Origin: Lama guanicoe
Taxonomy: Eukaryota
Reading direction: 5' to 3'
Assembly: GCA_013239625.1 (NCBI GenBank)
Contig: MU054925.1
Location: 12,280,018 to 12,344,017, forward strand
DNA length: 64,000 nucleotides
Part shown: positions 1 to 14,800 of the stretch, in pieces
Layout: every line of letters begins with the position of its first letter
Numbering within the stretch: position 1 is the stretch's first letter
Notes under the pieces: generated by a model
Databases searched by the model: none
Seen by the model: the letters and a program-made list of their open reading frames with translations, nothing else
Told to the model about the DNA's origin: nothing
Translations under genes and position numbers: made by a program

Positions 1-974
1 CTTTCTAATCATCTCTGTCATATAGGTCTGAGCAAGTGCAGAGAATACAGAACACCATTTAAAGAAAAATACAATTATAAGAGAAGGGAATATCCTTTCA
101 TCTGACATAATGCAAAGCACGCGTTTAATAGCATGAATCAATTTCTTTCAAAACAAATCAAAGAAAGTCATTTTATGTTTCCCAAAGACATTCACTTGGG
201 ATGAGGCTAGGCGGACTTTAATAATACCATAAGCACTCAACTTTTGGAACTGGTGAATATGACCATGACCTTAGCTTCTGTTCTCTTGGGCCAACAGAAA
301 ATGTTCCCTGAATATGAGCATCAGAGAATGATATCTAACGGGCTTGGAAAAGAATCTGCCTAAGCAGGGAGCTGAAAATAGCTTAACTTTGGAATTTCAG
401 GGCCCAATTCAGCAGGAAGCAATGTGAACAAAAGAAAGATGGGTCCCTTAGAAGCTGCTGGAAATGAGGTTAGCAAGAAAACGCAATGAGCTCACAGATG
501 TATCGAGGTGTGAAAACTCACTGCTCAAGAACTGGCAGGAGAACGGTGATGTCAAACACAGATATTCAGTCACCCGCCACCTCATTTGAGTTTCCAGACA
601 AACTCAATCAAATACTCTCATTCTTCTTCGACTTATTCTTTAGTAATACAGTCTTTACTGAAACAGAAGAAAAGAAAGACCTGCCAATGAGAGAAAACAC
701 TCAGTTCCTTCTGCGAATACCAATAACCCAACACAGAACTCCCTTCAACTCTTGCCGAAATAATTTTCTGTGACTGTTTATAATCTAAGACATTTTCTCC
801 CTAGTAAGAATTAGAAGAGACATCACCAAACTGAAGCGTCTGTAGGGCTTCGGAAGATTAACACAAAAGGATGAAATGGCCTTAGCAGGGACCAGGGGGA
901 CCTGGAGAGTCATTCCTCCTAAACTCTGTCTGCAGCGAATGTCTAGTGCTGAGTTCAGCAGCTGACACCCCAAT

Positions 975-1145
975 CCTTGCAGAAGTCAGATTCCAGATTC
1001 TCGAAATTTCCAGATGTCAATATGAACTTTAAAATTTCTGAATTTTTAAGCATGAGTAACTAATTCAAGATTTTAAGCAATACTTTGCTGGCTAAACAAA
1101 TCTTGCCTGTGTGTTTGATTTCATCCACCAATTTACAACCTCAGT
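975..1145. mobile_element. Degenerate hAT-Charlie-type MER fragment
   Basis: Resembles a recalled MER end (aaacaaa...ccaatttacaacctc); subfamily not assignable. Confidence 0.35.
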
Positions 1146-1961
1146 ATTGGAAGAAGAAAAATGAGAAATGGCTAACCAAAAAGTGTTACCAGGGTCCCAT
1201 CCTGAAGTTCGTGGTGCATTTTTGAGTCTTTTCTAATCAGAAAGAACTTTTTTTTTCCTAAAAGCATGATCACATCTAAACTTTCTGACTTAAAATTTCA
1301 GGGCTTTTTAAGCTTCAAAACATTCTGTCAGACATAGAGAAGATAGCCAGAGAAAGGAATTTTCTGTGTGAGAGGAAAAGTCTGGTGGGCGAACACTGAG
1401 GATTCTGGTAAACCTGTTTCTCAAAGATGCACGGGGAAGCTCAGGAGAATGTCCAGCTTACAGGAGGGGCTTCTAAACGAACATGAGGCTGGTGGAAGAG
1501 AAGATTTCAAGTATCGAGAAATGCAAAGCTTTGAGACAAATGCAATGAAACAGAAAGAAACCAAGTTCATCTAACCAAGCCAATGATATTTACCGCCCGT
1601 GGGTAGTGCCAAAGCATTTCAGGAAATGCCAACATCTTTCTTTGTAAAGCCAGGCCAAACTTTCAAACACAGCACAGATTACTGGGGAAGAATAAGGCAA
1701 ATCCTTATTTGCTGATTCTCCTTCACGAAGAATCTTGACATTAAGATTGATGGCTAAGGCAGAACACCCCCTTCCCTCTCCAACAATGAAGTTTCACTAC
1801 CCAATGTTCTAGAAGTTTCTCGGCAATCTTTTGTGAACAGTTAAAGATGGCCAGACAGGATGAAATAGAGCCAAGGCCCACCCAAGGCTCGGTTTCATGT
1901 CTCTTGCCCGTTTCCGACCTTCACCCCATGGAGCCCCCACTTCTCCGAATCAGCAAAGTCA

Positions 1962-2300
<339 letters not shown>

Positions 2301-3237
2301 TCACCAGCCCTTGGATCCCAAACCAGAGACAGATTCCTTGGCGACCGGCTTTTGGCAAAAACATCTCAAGCAGGTTCCACAGAGCACCTGCCTTTGTAGA
2401 AGGCATGGCCCCGTGTACATGGGATCATCCTGAACCATCAGGGGTCACCAGACCAGCATGCTAAGGAAATTTAAACACGGACCCCAGCCTTTCCTTCTAA
2501 ATCAGTATCCCAAGAGGAATGTCAAAATACCTTTAATTTCTCTAGGTAGAACCCTGGATATGGACATGACCACAATTTCCTTGACTGGAATAGTACTTAA
2601 ACACACCCAACACATATGTGGACCAGAAATACTGCCAGTAGATTTAACAAATATTGACAAGATACCATTTTTATAAACGGTTCCTAGACCTTAAGAAAAG
2701 GAAGTGGTTTTAAAAATAACTGCAGGTGAGACTCTATTTAACAAACAGTACAAAAATATATTTATTTTTCCCCCCCACTAAACAAACCTGACCCTAAGAG
2801 CTCCTGAGAAAGATTTTCACCTCCACTAAAGATCCTTGGAGGTTTGAAACTCTAATTAGAAACCCCAAATTTCCCCACGGTGGTAGTTTTTTTTTCCCCC
2901 ATAGATAAGAGGATTGTGCATGTGAATTATTTCAAAAGATAGCAGCCAAAAATAAAATTCCTTCCCTCTAAATTGAACATTTCTCTTTTAAGGTTACCAT
3001 CTGTTCCCTTTTCCATGGCTACACAAAAATGATGAAGCAATAAAAACGTTGATGTCAGCAACACAAAAGCATTTCCAGCTTCTACTAATAAGATAAAAAG
3101 AGAGGGGAAAAAAATGAAGGAGGGGAAAATTTTAAGAAAATAAGCTGTTCTACTCGGACTCTGAGCTTTAGAATTAATTTCAGCAGCATTTTTAAAGATG
3201 ATTAAAAGGCCCAGCATCCTAATCCCCACGTGTCTGA

Positions 3238-5478
3238 ATTTTTTTGACAACAGCTTTGTGAACATACCATTCACATGCCATAAAATGCACCATTTTAAAG
3301 TGTACAATTCACTGGTTTTTAGTATATTCAGAGAGCTGTGAAAGCATCACCACTGTTTAATTTTAGAACATTTCTTCACCCTCCCAAAAGCAGCTCCGTG
3401 TGCATCAACAGTAACTTCCCACATTCCCCTTCCCCTGGGCCCTGACAACCAGCAATCTACTTCCTGTCTCTAAGGTTTTACCTATTCTGGAAATTTCATA
3501 TAAATGGAATCACAGTAGATGCAGTCTTTCGAAACTGGCTTCTTTCCCATAGCATGGTGTTTTCAAGATAAATCCATGTTGACTCATGTGTCAAGTCTTC
3601 ATTTTTTATTACATTATAATATTCCATTGTATGAATACACTACCTTTTGTTGATCCATTCATCAGTTGGTAGACATTCGGTAGACATTAGCTTTTGTGAA
3701 TAATGCTACTTCACATATGTTCAAGTTTTTTGTATGGATATATGTTCTCCATTCTCTTGGGTATTGACCTGGGAATGGAATCGCTAGGTCACGTAGTAAC
3801 TGTATGTTTAATATTTTGAGGAACTGTCAAACTATTTTCCCAAATAGCTGCACCTTTTTATATTCCCACCATGAGTGATCGAATGTTCCATTTTTTCCAC
3901 ATCCCTGTCACATTTGTTATCATTTTTTTTTTTGATTGTTGCCTAGTAGGGTGTGAAGCGGTATCTTACTATGGTTTTGATTTGTACTTTCTTGCTTACA
4001 ACGTTGAGCATCTTTTTTTATATGCTTATTATATATGTTCTTTGGGGAAATGTCCATTCAAAACTTTAGTCCACTGAAAACTGTTATCTGTCTTTTTATT
4101 GTTGAACTGAAAGCATTCTTTATATATTTTCTGGATAAAGATAAGTCCTTATCAGATACATGCTCTATAAAAGTTTTCTCCCATTTTGGTAGGTTGTCTT
4201 TACTCGTTTGCTGTCCTCTGAAACACAAGCTTTTGATTTTGATGAAGTCCAATTTATTTTTTTCTGTTGCTGCCTGTGCTTTTGGTATTATATCTAAGAA
4301 ATCACTGCTTGACCCAAGGTCATGGAGATTTATTCTTGTATTTTTATCTAAGAGTTTCACGGCTTTAGCTCTTACATTTGGATCATGATCCATTTTGAGT
4401 TAATTTTTCTATACGGCATGAAGATGGGAGTCCAACTTCACTCTCATGTGGCTAACTGTTCCAGCATCGTTCAATTCAACTGCATCAATCCTTGTCAAAA
4501 ATCAACTGATCATAAACGTAAGGCTTTATTCTGGACATTCAATTTTATTTCACGGATCTACTACGTCTGTCCTTACGCCAATACCACACTGTCTTGATTA
4601 CTGTAGTTTTGCAGGAAGTTTTAAAATCATCAAATGTACGTCCTCCAACTATGTTCTTCCTTTAAAAAACTACTTTCTTTCTTTTGGGCCCCTGACATCT
4701 GCATTATGAAACATAGAAGTTAGGATTAATGTGCCAATTTCTGCAAAACATCAAGCTGGTAGTTTGACAGGGACAGCACTGAATCTTCAGAGCAATTAGG
4801 AGAGTACTGTTGCCATAACAATATTAAGTCTTCCAAATCCTTGAGCAAAGGATGTCTTTTCAGTTTACTTCTTTCAACTCAGTTTCTTCCGATGATACTT
4901 CTTTTGTTAAGTTTATTCCTAAGTATTTTATTCTTTTCAACACTATTATAAATGGAACTGTTTGCATTAAAATTTCAGACCGTAGTGTATAGAAACACAA
5001 ATGAATTTTGTACATTGATCCTACATCGTACAGTCTTGCTGACTTTTTATTTTCCAATTGTGTGCGTGTGTGTGTGTGTGTGTATTCCTTAGAATTTTCT
5101 ATATACAAGATCACATCATCTGTGAATAGAGGTAGTTTTATTCCTTCCTTTCTGATCTGATGCCTTTTATTTCTTTGTCTTGTCTTATTGCCCTGGCTAG
5201 GTCCTCTACTCATCTATTTGTACAATGGTGAACGAAAGTGGCAAGTGTGCAGCTCCTTGTCTAATTCCTGATCTTAAGGGAAAGTATCCAATCTTCCACC
5301 ATTAAGTATAATGTAACAGTGGGTTTTCTGGTAACTTCCCCTTCTGAAGTTGAAAAAGTTTTCTTGTATGCTGTTTATTGAGTGTTTTTATCACCAAATG
5401 GTGCTGGATTTTATCAAATACTTTTTTTTTTGCATTTATTGAGATGCACAGTCAGTTTTTATACCTATTCTATTAATG
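3238..5478 (-). mobile_element. Old 5'-truncated L1 (L1MB-like): 3' UTR plus decayed ORF2
   Basis: L1M 3' end from 3240. Minus-strand ORF remnants LHDLGSSSDFLDIIPKAQA..KLDFIKIKSLC (4058-4393) and IKLPLFTDDVILYIEN..IKYLGINLTKEV (4860-5213, RT motif region), with frameshifts and stops. Confidence 0.92.
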
Positions 5479-6144
5479 TCTTAGCCACAATTTTGACACC
5501 AAAATGTACTTGAAGAAACAAAATCAGTTTTGTCCAGCCAAGTTTGGCTTATCAGATTCTGCCACTTCCTGCTTTTCATCCGATTGACAAAAATACACGG
5601 ACAGAACGTACACGTGGGTCTGCTTTGCATCTCTCCAAACTCAGAGAAGCTTCCTCCAAACCCTGGCTATGGGTTTTTAAAAATAATCCAAGCGCATTTT
5701 AATAGTAACTCTTTAATGAATCGGCTATTGTAAAGAATCCAGGGATCTTGGGAAGCAATCACATTTTTTTTCTTTTCCCCTTCAGAACTTTGAATGCCAG
5801 TTTACGACTTCAGGGAAAAACAGTCTCAGTTTGTTTAAGCAAGTTTAAGAAGCTCTTTGGTAACTAATGCTTTTTACTAGAAAGTCATACTTTGAGAACA
5901 AAATGTAGAGGAATTTTTTTTACCAAATTCAGTCTCCAGTATAATCATCAATAAAGCTCATGTGTTCAGCAAGGCCAGGAAGAGCACAGTTTTAATGCTG
6001 GATGGACAGAGTCTAATGAACGGAAGCTCTAGGAGAAGGAACAAAGACAGGAAGGAAGCAAAACACAGAATTAAAGAGCCAGATGTACAGTTGAGTCTCA
6101 CTGAGTAGAAGCATGAACAGAAGAGGGAAAGGGGAGAGGGTGAC

Positions 6145-6345
6145 ATCATTCAGCAAATAACCATCAAGTACCTCCCATGTCCAGGCACTGTTCTAGGAAC
6201 TTGGGATACCCACCCAAAACAAACAAAGATCCCTCCCCCCATGGGATCTATATTCTGAGAGGGGGAGAAACATACCACACGCAACAAATAACAAGTCATT
6301 CAATCATCTAGTATACTAAAGACGCCAAGTGCTTTGCAAAACAAG
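6145..6345 (-). mobile_element. L2 3' fragment
   Basis: cattcagcaaata..ccaggcactgttctagg..aaacaaagatccct, typical antisense L2 tail. Confidence 0.7.
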
Positions 6346-6459
6346 AATGGTGGAGTTGAATAAGGATGCGCAGGGCTGGGGGGTGGGGGCCCACGCCAGC
6401 AGAACGCACAGCATCTCACTTGCCGACACCTGCCACGCACGAGCCCAGATTCACACACC

Positions 6460-6600
6460 AGTCCTCCAAGAAAGGACGTATCATCCCCACTTTGCAGAGA
6501 AGAAAACAGACGCTCAGAGAGGTTAAGCGACATGTTCAAAGTAAATCTTAAAGAGCCAGCAGAACAGAGATTCAAAGTAGGACCCATCTAATTCCCGAAA
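6460..6600 (-). mobile_element. MIR
   Basis: MIR core ccccactttgcagagaagaaaacagacgctcagagaggttaag. Confidence 0.75.
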
Positions 6601-9600
6601 CCCAAATAATAACCTACAGAAGGGATACCTGATTCCAACCAGAGAATACCTTTTTACTCCTGAACAATAAACACATTCAGAAAAATCAAGACCAAAGAGG
6701 AGGGAGGAACAAAAAAAATGTAAATCAAAACCATGAGGACCTTCTGTCTTTTCCCTGCTAGCTTCATGCCTTCCATTTCTCACTTATAATTAACAGGCAC
6801 TCCTGCGGCAGGCATTTTTATTTGCAAAGAATTTTTAACCTTTGAGAGCTGCCATGACAGACTCTGGAAAGACTAATTTAATAACCTCTGTTTACAAATG
6901 AGGAACCCCAGGCCCGGATGCTGAGAAAGGAGTGGAGGGTCAGAGGTAAAGCCGAGAGGATTTCCCTTGATCCTCATGTCAAAATGCACACAACAACAAC
7001 CAACAGCTCTCTCTTTCGACACGCTGATTAAGGCTTTTCAGGACTGCGTGGGGAAATATACGATTGGGCTCTTTATTAAAAAAAAATTGACATTTATGAA
7101 AATAGAACCTGCTAGTAAAGCAAGATTTCATTAAAAAAAAAAAAAACCCCAATCATAGAAAGCGTGCATTGGTTTCATTCTGTCAGAGTTGACATTCCAC
7201 CTGTACATAATTGGGTTCGTGAATGACAGGTTTCCAAGGAATAAGGCATGATTCAGAGAGCAGAGATGCTGCATTTTCCTTCTTCCTTCCCTCTACCCAG
7301 CAGCAACCCCTGCCATCCCCCTCCCCTCCAAGAAGTTGCAGCTATAAATGCATTTGCTTCCTTATTCAGAAGCCATGATTGGTTCTTTCACGGAATACAC
7401 AAAACTGGCCTGTGAAGGCTCACTTTCCAACTGTCTAAAAACACTCTGGTCATTTGCACCAGTGATGACACCATTTGCAAACTGACTTAACAATTTATAC
7501 CAATTAACTTAACCTACCATGGGGAAGGGTTCATTAGAAATAGGTTGGCGGCAGGGGTGTGTGATGGGGGGCCGTCTCATCTTTGACATGTTGACAGGTT
7601 ATTTACAACCCTGAACCCTGAACCACGATGTCTTGTTCTGTGTGAGTAGTGATAGGATGAAGGCAAAAAAGGGATCTTCCTTTGTAACATGATTCTGACA
7701 AGTTCAAGTCGTAAACTACAGAATTCTAGATTTGGATAGGATTGGAAACATCATTAAGTTCTCCCCTCACCCCTTTCCTTCTTTATCTCTTTCATCCCTC
7801 TTTCTTTTCTTTTTTTTCCATGAGAGGACAATATTTGTTGCAAAAGAACTCCTATGTGGAAGCTCAATATATAAAACAGAGCTGCCCAAATGGATGTAAG
7901 AGAAGGAGGCCCAGAGCCCAGCTCCTCTCAAGCTCAACCTTCTCCCAAACTCTAGGCACTTTCATGCTCCTCACGTCCCCCGGGTTCCAAAGACAGGTGT
8001 GGAAACCAGCATATTTCCCTGGAAGCTCAAGGTCATTTCTAGGAAGTAGGCTCCCAATAATTTGATGCATGGTAGAAAGATGAAAAGAAAAAAAGAAGTT
8101 GTCGATAACTTTAAAGAGATGGACAATTCCTAATCTTGAAACTCTGCATGTAATGGTGATTCTAGTCATGGGAAACTGTGTATCTGGTTTCTAAGACATT
8201 ACACGGAGATGCCTGGGGAGTGGCGATGCTCCCCCATGACTGTGATTTGACACGTCTGAGACAGGGCCCAGGAAGTGCACCTTCACCAGCATCCCACGTG
8301 ATTCTGACATGCACTTGGAGGACACTCTTCTGTAGCTGGTCTCCTAGTTAGAAGGGAGCACCTGAGTCAGCGTCTGATCTGAAAACTGGTGTATTCTACC
8401 AACACATTCGATAATCTCTGTACCATGTACACATTTTTAAACCTGTTCCGGGGGGATCTATGCCGACCCCTTCTGACCATCATGTTATTAAATTCTTAAA
8501 TCACTAAGCCCACCCGTCACATACCAGCTGGGTACCACTGGGGCATCTGTGTGAAAAGAGGCTGGTGAGCGGCAGGACCACACCAGCCACCAGAACAGGG
8601 TCTCCCACTGCCAGCCTTGTCATCTGTCCTGCCTTCTACCTCCCCTGTGGTATGGGCTTCTCGGTCCCAAGTCCATGGTCAGATCAGGTTCAGGCCACTT
8701 TTATGCATAGGGTCAAGGGGCAGACTGCTTAAAGCGCGGCTCCGTCCCACATAAATCAAATGATTGATAAGGAATGCACTACGCTGGGCTCAACAGGGCA
8801 ATGCCCCAGGGAGCTGAGATCAGGTGTAGGAAAAGACAGTTTTGCTAAAGACAAAGGGCTAAAATAACCCGAAGGCCTCCATAGTTCTTTTTTGCTAAAT
8901 AACAGATGTGTCCTAGGCATTGAAATTCTTCTCTGATTTCAGCTCAGTATAGGCGAAAGAAAAACTCTTTTTATTCTTAGTAAGAGGAAAAAAGGAAACT
9001 TTTTCCTCCTTATTGTAATTTAAAGTTACTGCTTCCTTATCCTTAAAAAAAAAAAAAGCAACCTGCAATGAATATAGAAAAGAATCAGGCATTACAGATA
9101 AGCAAGAAGAAAAATAATTCAAACACTCACAAACCCAGAGATGATCAGTGTTCAACAGAAACAGCTACTGTTCCTCTTTTTCCCTCATGTTAAGAAACTA
9201 AAGACCAGATTTCATTCTTTGCACTTGCCATCAGCGAGTACGAAGACACAAGCCTCTGGCCTGAAATTAAAAGACAGAGCCACCCACATACGTACACACG
9301 ACACTCTTGGCAAAGACATGTGGGTTCTTCGATCCAGATTAAGGGGGTCTGTTCTGATCTGGTGTCCCGTAGCACGATCAGAGAATTTATTACACACGGC
9401 GTGGAAGATGCCGGCAGCGTGGGAATTGCATATATACTTATGCGTATCACAGAGTTAAGCTATGTTCCTCAGATAAAAAATCATCTGAAAGCCAGATTTC
9501 AACAGCTATCAACTTTCAGTCTTCTGTGCAAGTGGGCAGAGATGGGGCATGGATAATTTAAAACCTCTAAGCCTTGGCTCTGAATTGTGACTCTGCTCAT

Positions 9601-10459
9601 CAGTCAGGGACTCTCAGTGGTGTGGTAACTTATGTCATTTCAAATCACCCGAAGGATCTGTCCTGGGCAGGCCAGACTCAGGAGGGGCAGGGCAGGGGCT
9701 GGGTTCCCTCGAGTTCCCAACAAGAGTGTCAACTTTTCATACACATGCGAAGCACCAGCCTAAAATGAGCCAAAAATGATTCCAAGTTTACTGCCCTTTG
9801 GGAACATCTCTTCCACCTTTTCTGTTTTACAAAAACAAAAACAGGCAAATAAGTGTTTGGGGATGGAGTTTTGTTTTTGTTTTTTTACTGGGCTGCAGGC
9901 TGCCTGGATGTAAGCCACTAAAAAGACAGTGGATACTGTTAGCAGAAGAGGCAGTACCACGTTGTGTCCGCCAGTAAGGGCTCCAAGTGGGGTCCGCCTG
10001 GGTTAAGATATTGCTCAGATACTCCCATGATCCTTGAGTCAGGGTTGTCGAAACTGAGCCATCACAAAGGACACAAGCTGTTTCCCTCCAAAACCACAGG
10101 GGTCACACGACCACATGACCCAAACACGGGGCTTCTGCTCCCACCTCCCACACGGCTCCCCACAACACAAGTGGAGAAGCAGAAGGTCAGAAAGGCAGGC
10201 AGGTGAAATACATACATACTCATGGAGGCTGGCTTCAAATGTGAAACAAGATGAGGAGGTTCCAAGACATGGAACCTGTCCCCCAAGGATCAAGGACTCC
10301 ACGCGACAGATCTGACCTCTGGGCCCCGACGCCCACCTCTCCACCCTTAACACGTGCTTCGTGCTGGAGGGTGATGTGTCAGGGTGAACACGGTGGCTGT
10401 ATTTCCACTATTAATATAATTCCTTACATTTCCAAAAAGGTTCATAATATTCATATTTT

Positions 10460-10630
10460 CTCAGAGTTTATCTCATTTATTCATTTTCAGCAGTCCTACA
10501 AAGTTGCCATTTTTATCCATTTCACACATACGAACCATGTGTTCTATAAACTCATAAGCAACTTGACTGAAGTTATACAGATTGGAACCTATGTTGTGTG
10601 ACTCCAAGACCGATGCTCTTTCTACTATCT
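10460..10630 (-). mobile_element. MIR (degenerate)
   Basis: tatctcatttattc..atccatttcaca..aagcaacttg..tgtgactccaagacc. Confidence 0.55.
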
Positions 10631-10699
10631 CGTGTTAAGCAGAGTGGCTAAATCTTCCTTCTTCTGTATATAGTTCTAACCTTCCTTCCATCTGTCCAT

Positions 10700-11135
10700 C
10701 CGTCTATCTATCCATCAAACCTACCAACCAGCCATCCAAGCAAACAGCAGTGGCAGAGCATCTTCCGTGTGTCAGGCACTGTACTGAGATGCTCGGCATA
10801 TTCAGCAGTGATTCAGACAGTATCTCTAACCTCATGGGGCTCAGAGCCAAGTGAAGCAGACAGACAACAGTCAGGGAAACAAACAGATACACCTGCCGCT
10901 CACAGGTTGTGTGACAGGTGTCAGGATGGAAAGAGACAAGGGGACAAGGGAGGGGCTGACGATGGAGCAGGACAGACCTCCCCCCACTGAAGCGACTTCT
11001 GACTTGTGACTAGAAGACGGAGTATGAGCAGCTCTGAGGAAAACCAGAGAGAGAGCTTTCCAGGCAGAGGGAAAGCAAGCACAAAGGCTTTGGGTTGGGG
11101 AAGAGCCTGGTGAGTCACTCTCAGGAGGTGGCGTG
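10700..11135 (-). mobile_element. L2 fragment
   Basis: tgtgtcaggcactgtactgagatgct..ttccaggcagagggaaagcaagcacaaagg. Confidence 0.75.
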
Positions 11136-11924
11136 TGGCCTCCCCTCCCCCTTGTCTGTCTGCATCAATGACAGTGATCAAACTGGCTGAGCCACTGCCT
11201 GTCCCAAAGCCCGAGCACAAGATCTGAGAGTCAGGGGATGGTGCCGTCTTAGCGGATGCAGGAAAGCTCTTCCCTTCTCTTTGGAATTCCTACATCCCTC
11301 TGACTTGACACCCAGACGCCAGCACATCCGGTTATTTGCAGCCTCACTGGCTCCTTAACTCCCTCCCCGCCTCCAGCCACAACACTGTGTTTTTCCCCCT
11401 TTTATTTTTGGCAAACGCTCCGTCTGAACGAGGGACCCAAGCATGAACCTTGACACTTGCCATGTCTGGAAGCAAGATTTCTATCCCTGTGCGAAAGGAA
11501 AAAAATGGCTTCCTAATAAACACAGAAGCTCAAGGGCAGAGACCGTGACAGGGCCAGCTGGGCATGAGGCTGGTGGGCGCACAGAGCCAAAACCTGCTGC
11601 CTGGCCCGCCCGGCCGCCTGCCCCGCGCCCGGGCTCCAGCAGCTTGGGCCATCTGTGCCAGGAGGACCTTATCCCTCCCCGGCGCTGCCCAAGGTGGTAC
11701 AGGATCATTTTTAGAGGCAGTTGCTTTCTCTCTTAATACATCAATTTGTATTTCCATGAAGAAACATACACAGTGGCCTACTTTAGACTAAATCTATCTT
11801 GGAATTTTTAAGCAGTGGAAACACGTTTCCTTAAAAAAAAAAATAAGCCTCTGGGATGATTTTCCATATTCTGAGCATCTCTGAACAGACTTTCTGATTT
11901 CAGGGTCTGATGTCCCAGCAGTCG

Positions 11925-12380
11925 AAGCCCAAGGTTAGGTTTCCCCGGAATCAGATCCTTGGAAGGCAGCTGAACATAAAGAAGTTTGGGAGGTGATCCC
12001 CAAAAAGTCCTGAGAGGGAAACTGGGGAGGGAAAAACAGGGCAGAAAGGAGGCCAACACAGGCAGAGGGGATGAGCAGACTGCGGTACCCGGGGCTCATT
12101 TCAGCTGAGGAGCCAGGGGAGACGGTAAGAGAGCTTTCATCAGAGACGTTCCACTGGAGAAAAATCAAGGAGGCAGGGGTACTTATCCACCAGTTCCCAA
12201 CAGCCAGTGGATGAGGATCACATCCTGGGGCCCTGGCAGCTACTCCATACGCGGGACAGGCAGGCTTGAGCAGAAAGTTATTTACAGTTCCCACGGCAGC
12301 GGGAACCATGGGTCGGAGCATCCTGGAAAGGTGAGTGCCAAGGGGGAAGGAGGGAATGCCGTAAGTGCTGGCTGCAGGGA
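11925..12380 (-). mobile_element. Old ERVL-class solo LTR (LTR33/LTR16-like)
   Basis: ggttaggtttcccc..tttgggaggtgatccc..ggggtacttatccaccagttccc resembles the recalled LTR33-type consensus. Confidence 0.6.
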
Positions 12381-13779
12381 GCTTCATGTGTTAAACAGTA
12401 ATTCATTGACCATCTACCACGTACTGTGCATTCTGGTGAGTGTGGTGAGAAACTGAAACAAAACAAACCAGCAAAGAGTCCCTGTCTGACCGGGGCATGA
12501 AGACACAGCCACAAAGAGCTAGACCATACATTTCAAAGCGAAAAGTACTTGTGGGGATATTTAAGATGGCAGTCCTTGTTCTAGGAGGCGGATGCTGAAA
12601 CACATACAGGTAGAGGATAATGTTTGCAATGTACTTTCAAATGCTTGAGCAATAATTATAACAATAAGTGTGCATACATCCAGAGAGAGAGAGAGAGAGA
12701 CAGAGCACGCGCGAGTAGCACAAAAGTGCAAAATGTCAAGAGCAGACATTTCTAAAAGCGTGCCTGGAAGTTCACTGGGCTATTTTTGTAACTTCTATAT
12801 AACACTGCCATTTTTCAAAGTAAGTTTTAAAACAAAGCAACAAAAAGGGAACAGTCCTGTGACTTTGTTAGGTCAGTTACTAACAGAAAACATACCACAT
12901 GCGGGGCACTGCGTACAGGGAATTCCTGGTGAACAAGAGGTCAGGGAGGGCCTCCCTGAGGAGGCTGGACCCAAAATGTGCTGAGTAGGAGGTTCCTAGG
13001 CAAAAACAGAAGGAAGGAGTCTCCCCGACAAGTGAAGAAAGGCATGGAGGTGGGAGAGAACAAGGTGTCATGAAAGTATTGGAAGAGTCTAAGATGGGGA
13101 CAAGACAGCGGCTGGAGGATTACACATGCCACCCTTTTGAAGGAGTTTTAACTTCACTGTAGTTCCCATGTTCACAGGCCAGTGAGGAAATCTGCCCACC
13201 AAACACACAGCTAGCTAATTCAGCATCGTGAGGAAAAGAAAGAGGGAACCCTCAAAGGAGAAGAGCTTGGCCACTGATGGTGTCTCCATGGCAACACTGC
13301 TACCTGCATCACTGCATCCATAGGAATGGCTGTGAGTACTTAGAGAGGCTCTGATTTCCTGAGCTGCTGTCAGACCCACTGCCTTGCTAAGAAGAAACCA
13401 AGGTAGATGGAACGGTTATGCCTGGATCAATCCCCACACTTCACATTGTCCACATGTTAACTGTGATTTTATGGCATGTACGTTTTTGCTTCACTGGATG
13501 TTTAGCAGAGCAAGTTTCAAGAGCACCTCCCTTCCAGATGAGTCCTTCAGGGAATAGGTTCTGAGAAAACGTCTGCACATGGAATTCTAACACTCCTCAG
13601 CTCCCAATTTCAAGGCCAGAACCACAAGACTCCACAAAATCTCTGTCTGCCCTTCTCTTCCATGCCATCCATCTGCTGAAGTCCTTGTGTCATCTGTACC
13701 TCCCATGGGGAAGAAGTTGGCTAACCTCATGTGCACGACATCTGAAGCATTAAACATGCCCTGCATACTAAAAACCAGT

Positions 13780-13900
13780 CTACAGTGCAGTGGATTAAGA
13801 CTGTGGATCCTGGAGGCACAGTGACTTGGGTTCAAATCCTAACTCTGCCATGTCATTGAGCTGCTGTTAGGGTTAAAGAACATAATACGTACAGCATGCC
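13780..13900 (+). mobile_element. MIR
   Basis: gcagtggattaagactgtggatcctggag..gggttcaaatcctaactctgcca. Confidence 0.7.
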
Positions 13901-14589
13901 TGCTATGGTGAAATCTGACCATCCGTCAGCTTGCAAGGCCCCGTGCCACGTGTAGGAATGAAAAGCAAAACAAGCCAATAGAAGTAGTCATGGTTCTTGT
14001 TCTGTAGAAGTCAATCTAGATCCTACTAAGAGATTCAAGTTGGGATGGAAACAGATCAATGGAAAACTGATGGGTGGCAAACAAGTCATTGCTACAAGTC
14101 TTTATTAAACACCTAGTGTATACTTACAGGTGTGCTAGACTGAGCAAGGTGATCTGATTATCAGCCTTACCAAAGGATTACTCATCCTTTACCACGCTTT
14201 TTAGATTTCAAGGTCACAGAAATGACCTTCGTTTCTTACTAAGATACAATCAAGCTGACATGTTTGAATATTAAATGCATGACCCCTGGGGCTGATCAAG
14301 CACTTTAGAGCTTCCCCCACAATTTCAACTCAGGGAACTCTTTGAATTGCCAAAAATTTCTACAAGGTTAGTCAGAGGGACAAGGGTTATTACTGCCACT
14401 TTATAGACGAAGGAGGGGGAGCTCAGAGAAGCCAAGTGCTCTGGTTGCTCCTATTAAGTGTGGAGTGTCCAGAACGCCAGGTTCTACTTTTTCTCACCCT
14501 CAACCAGGGGCAGTGAAGTCAGTTAGGTTCCATTCTTAGGGTCTGATTTTTCCAACTTTCATTTAGAAGAAGACATGGTTGGAGTGGAC

Positions 14590-14800
14590 GCCGGGCTCTG
14601 AGCTCAACGCTTTTCCATGAGTTCCTTCTTTAATCCTCACAGCACAGTAAGAGATGGAAATGATTAGCATCACGCTCATTTTACAGATAGGAAAACCAAG
14701 GTTCAAAGTGTTTCTGCAGGGTACTCGAGCTCCCACAGCCAGGAAACGATGAAAATGGGAAAGCAAACCCAGATCTGCCAGATTCCAGGGCCCTTCACCA
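14590..14800 (-). mobile_element. MIR
   Basis: tttaatcctcacagc..cattttacagataggaaaaccaagg. Confidence 0.75.

Noticed and set aside
4058-5213. L1 ORF2-like ORFs as genes
   Set aside because: Fragmented, frameshifted remnants of an old L1.
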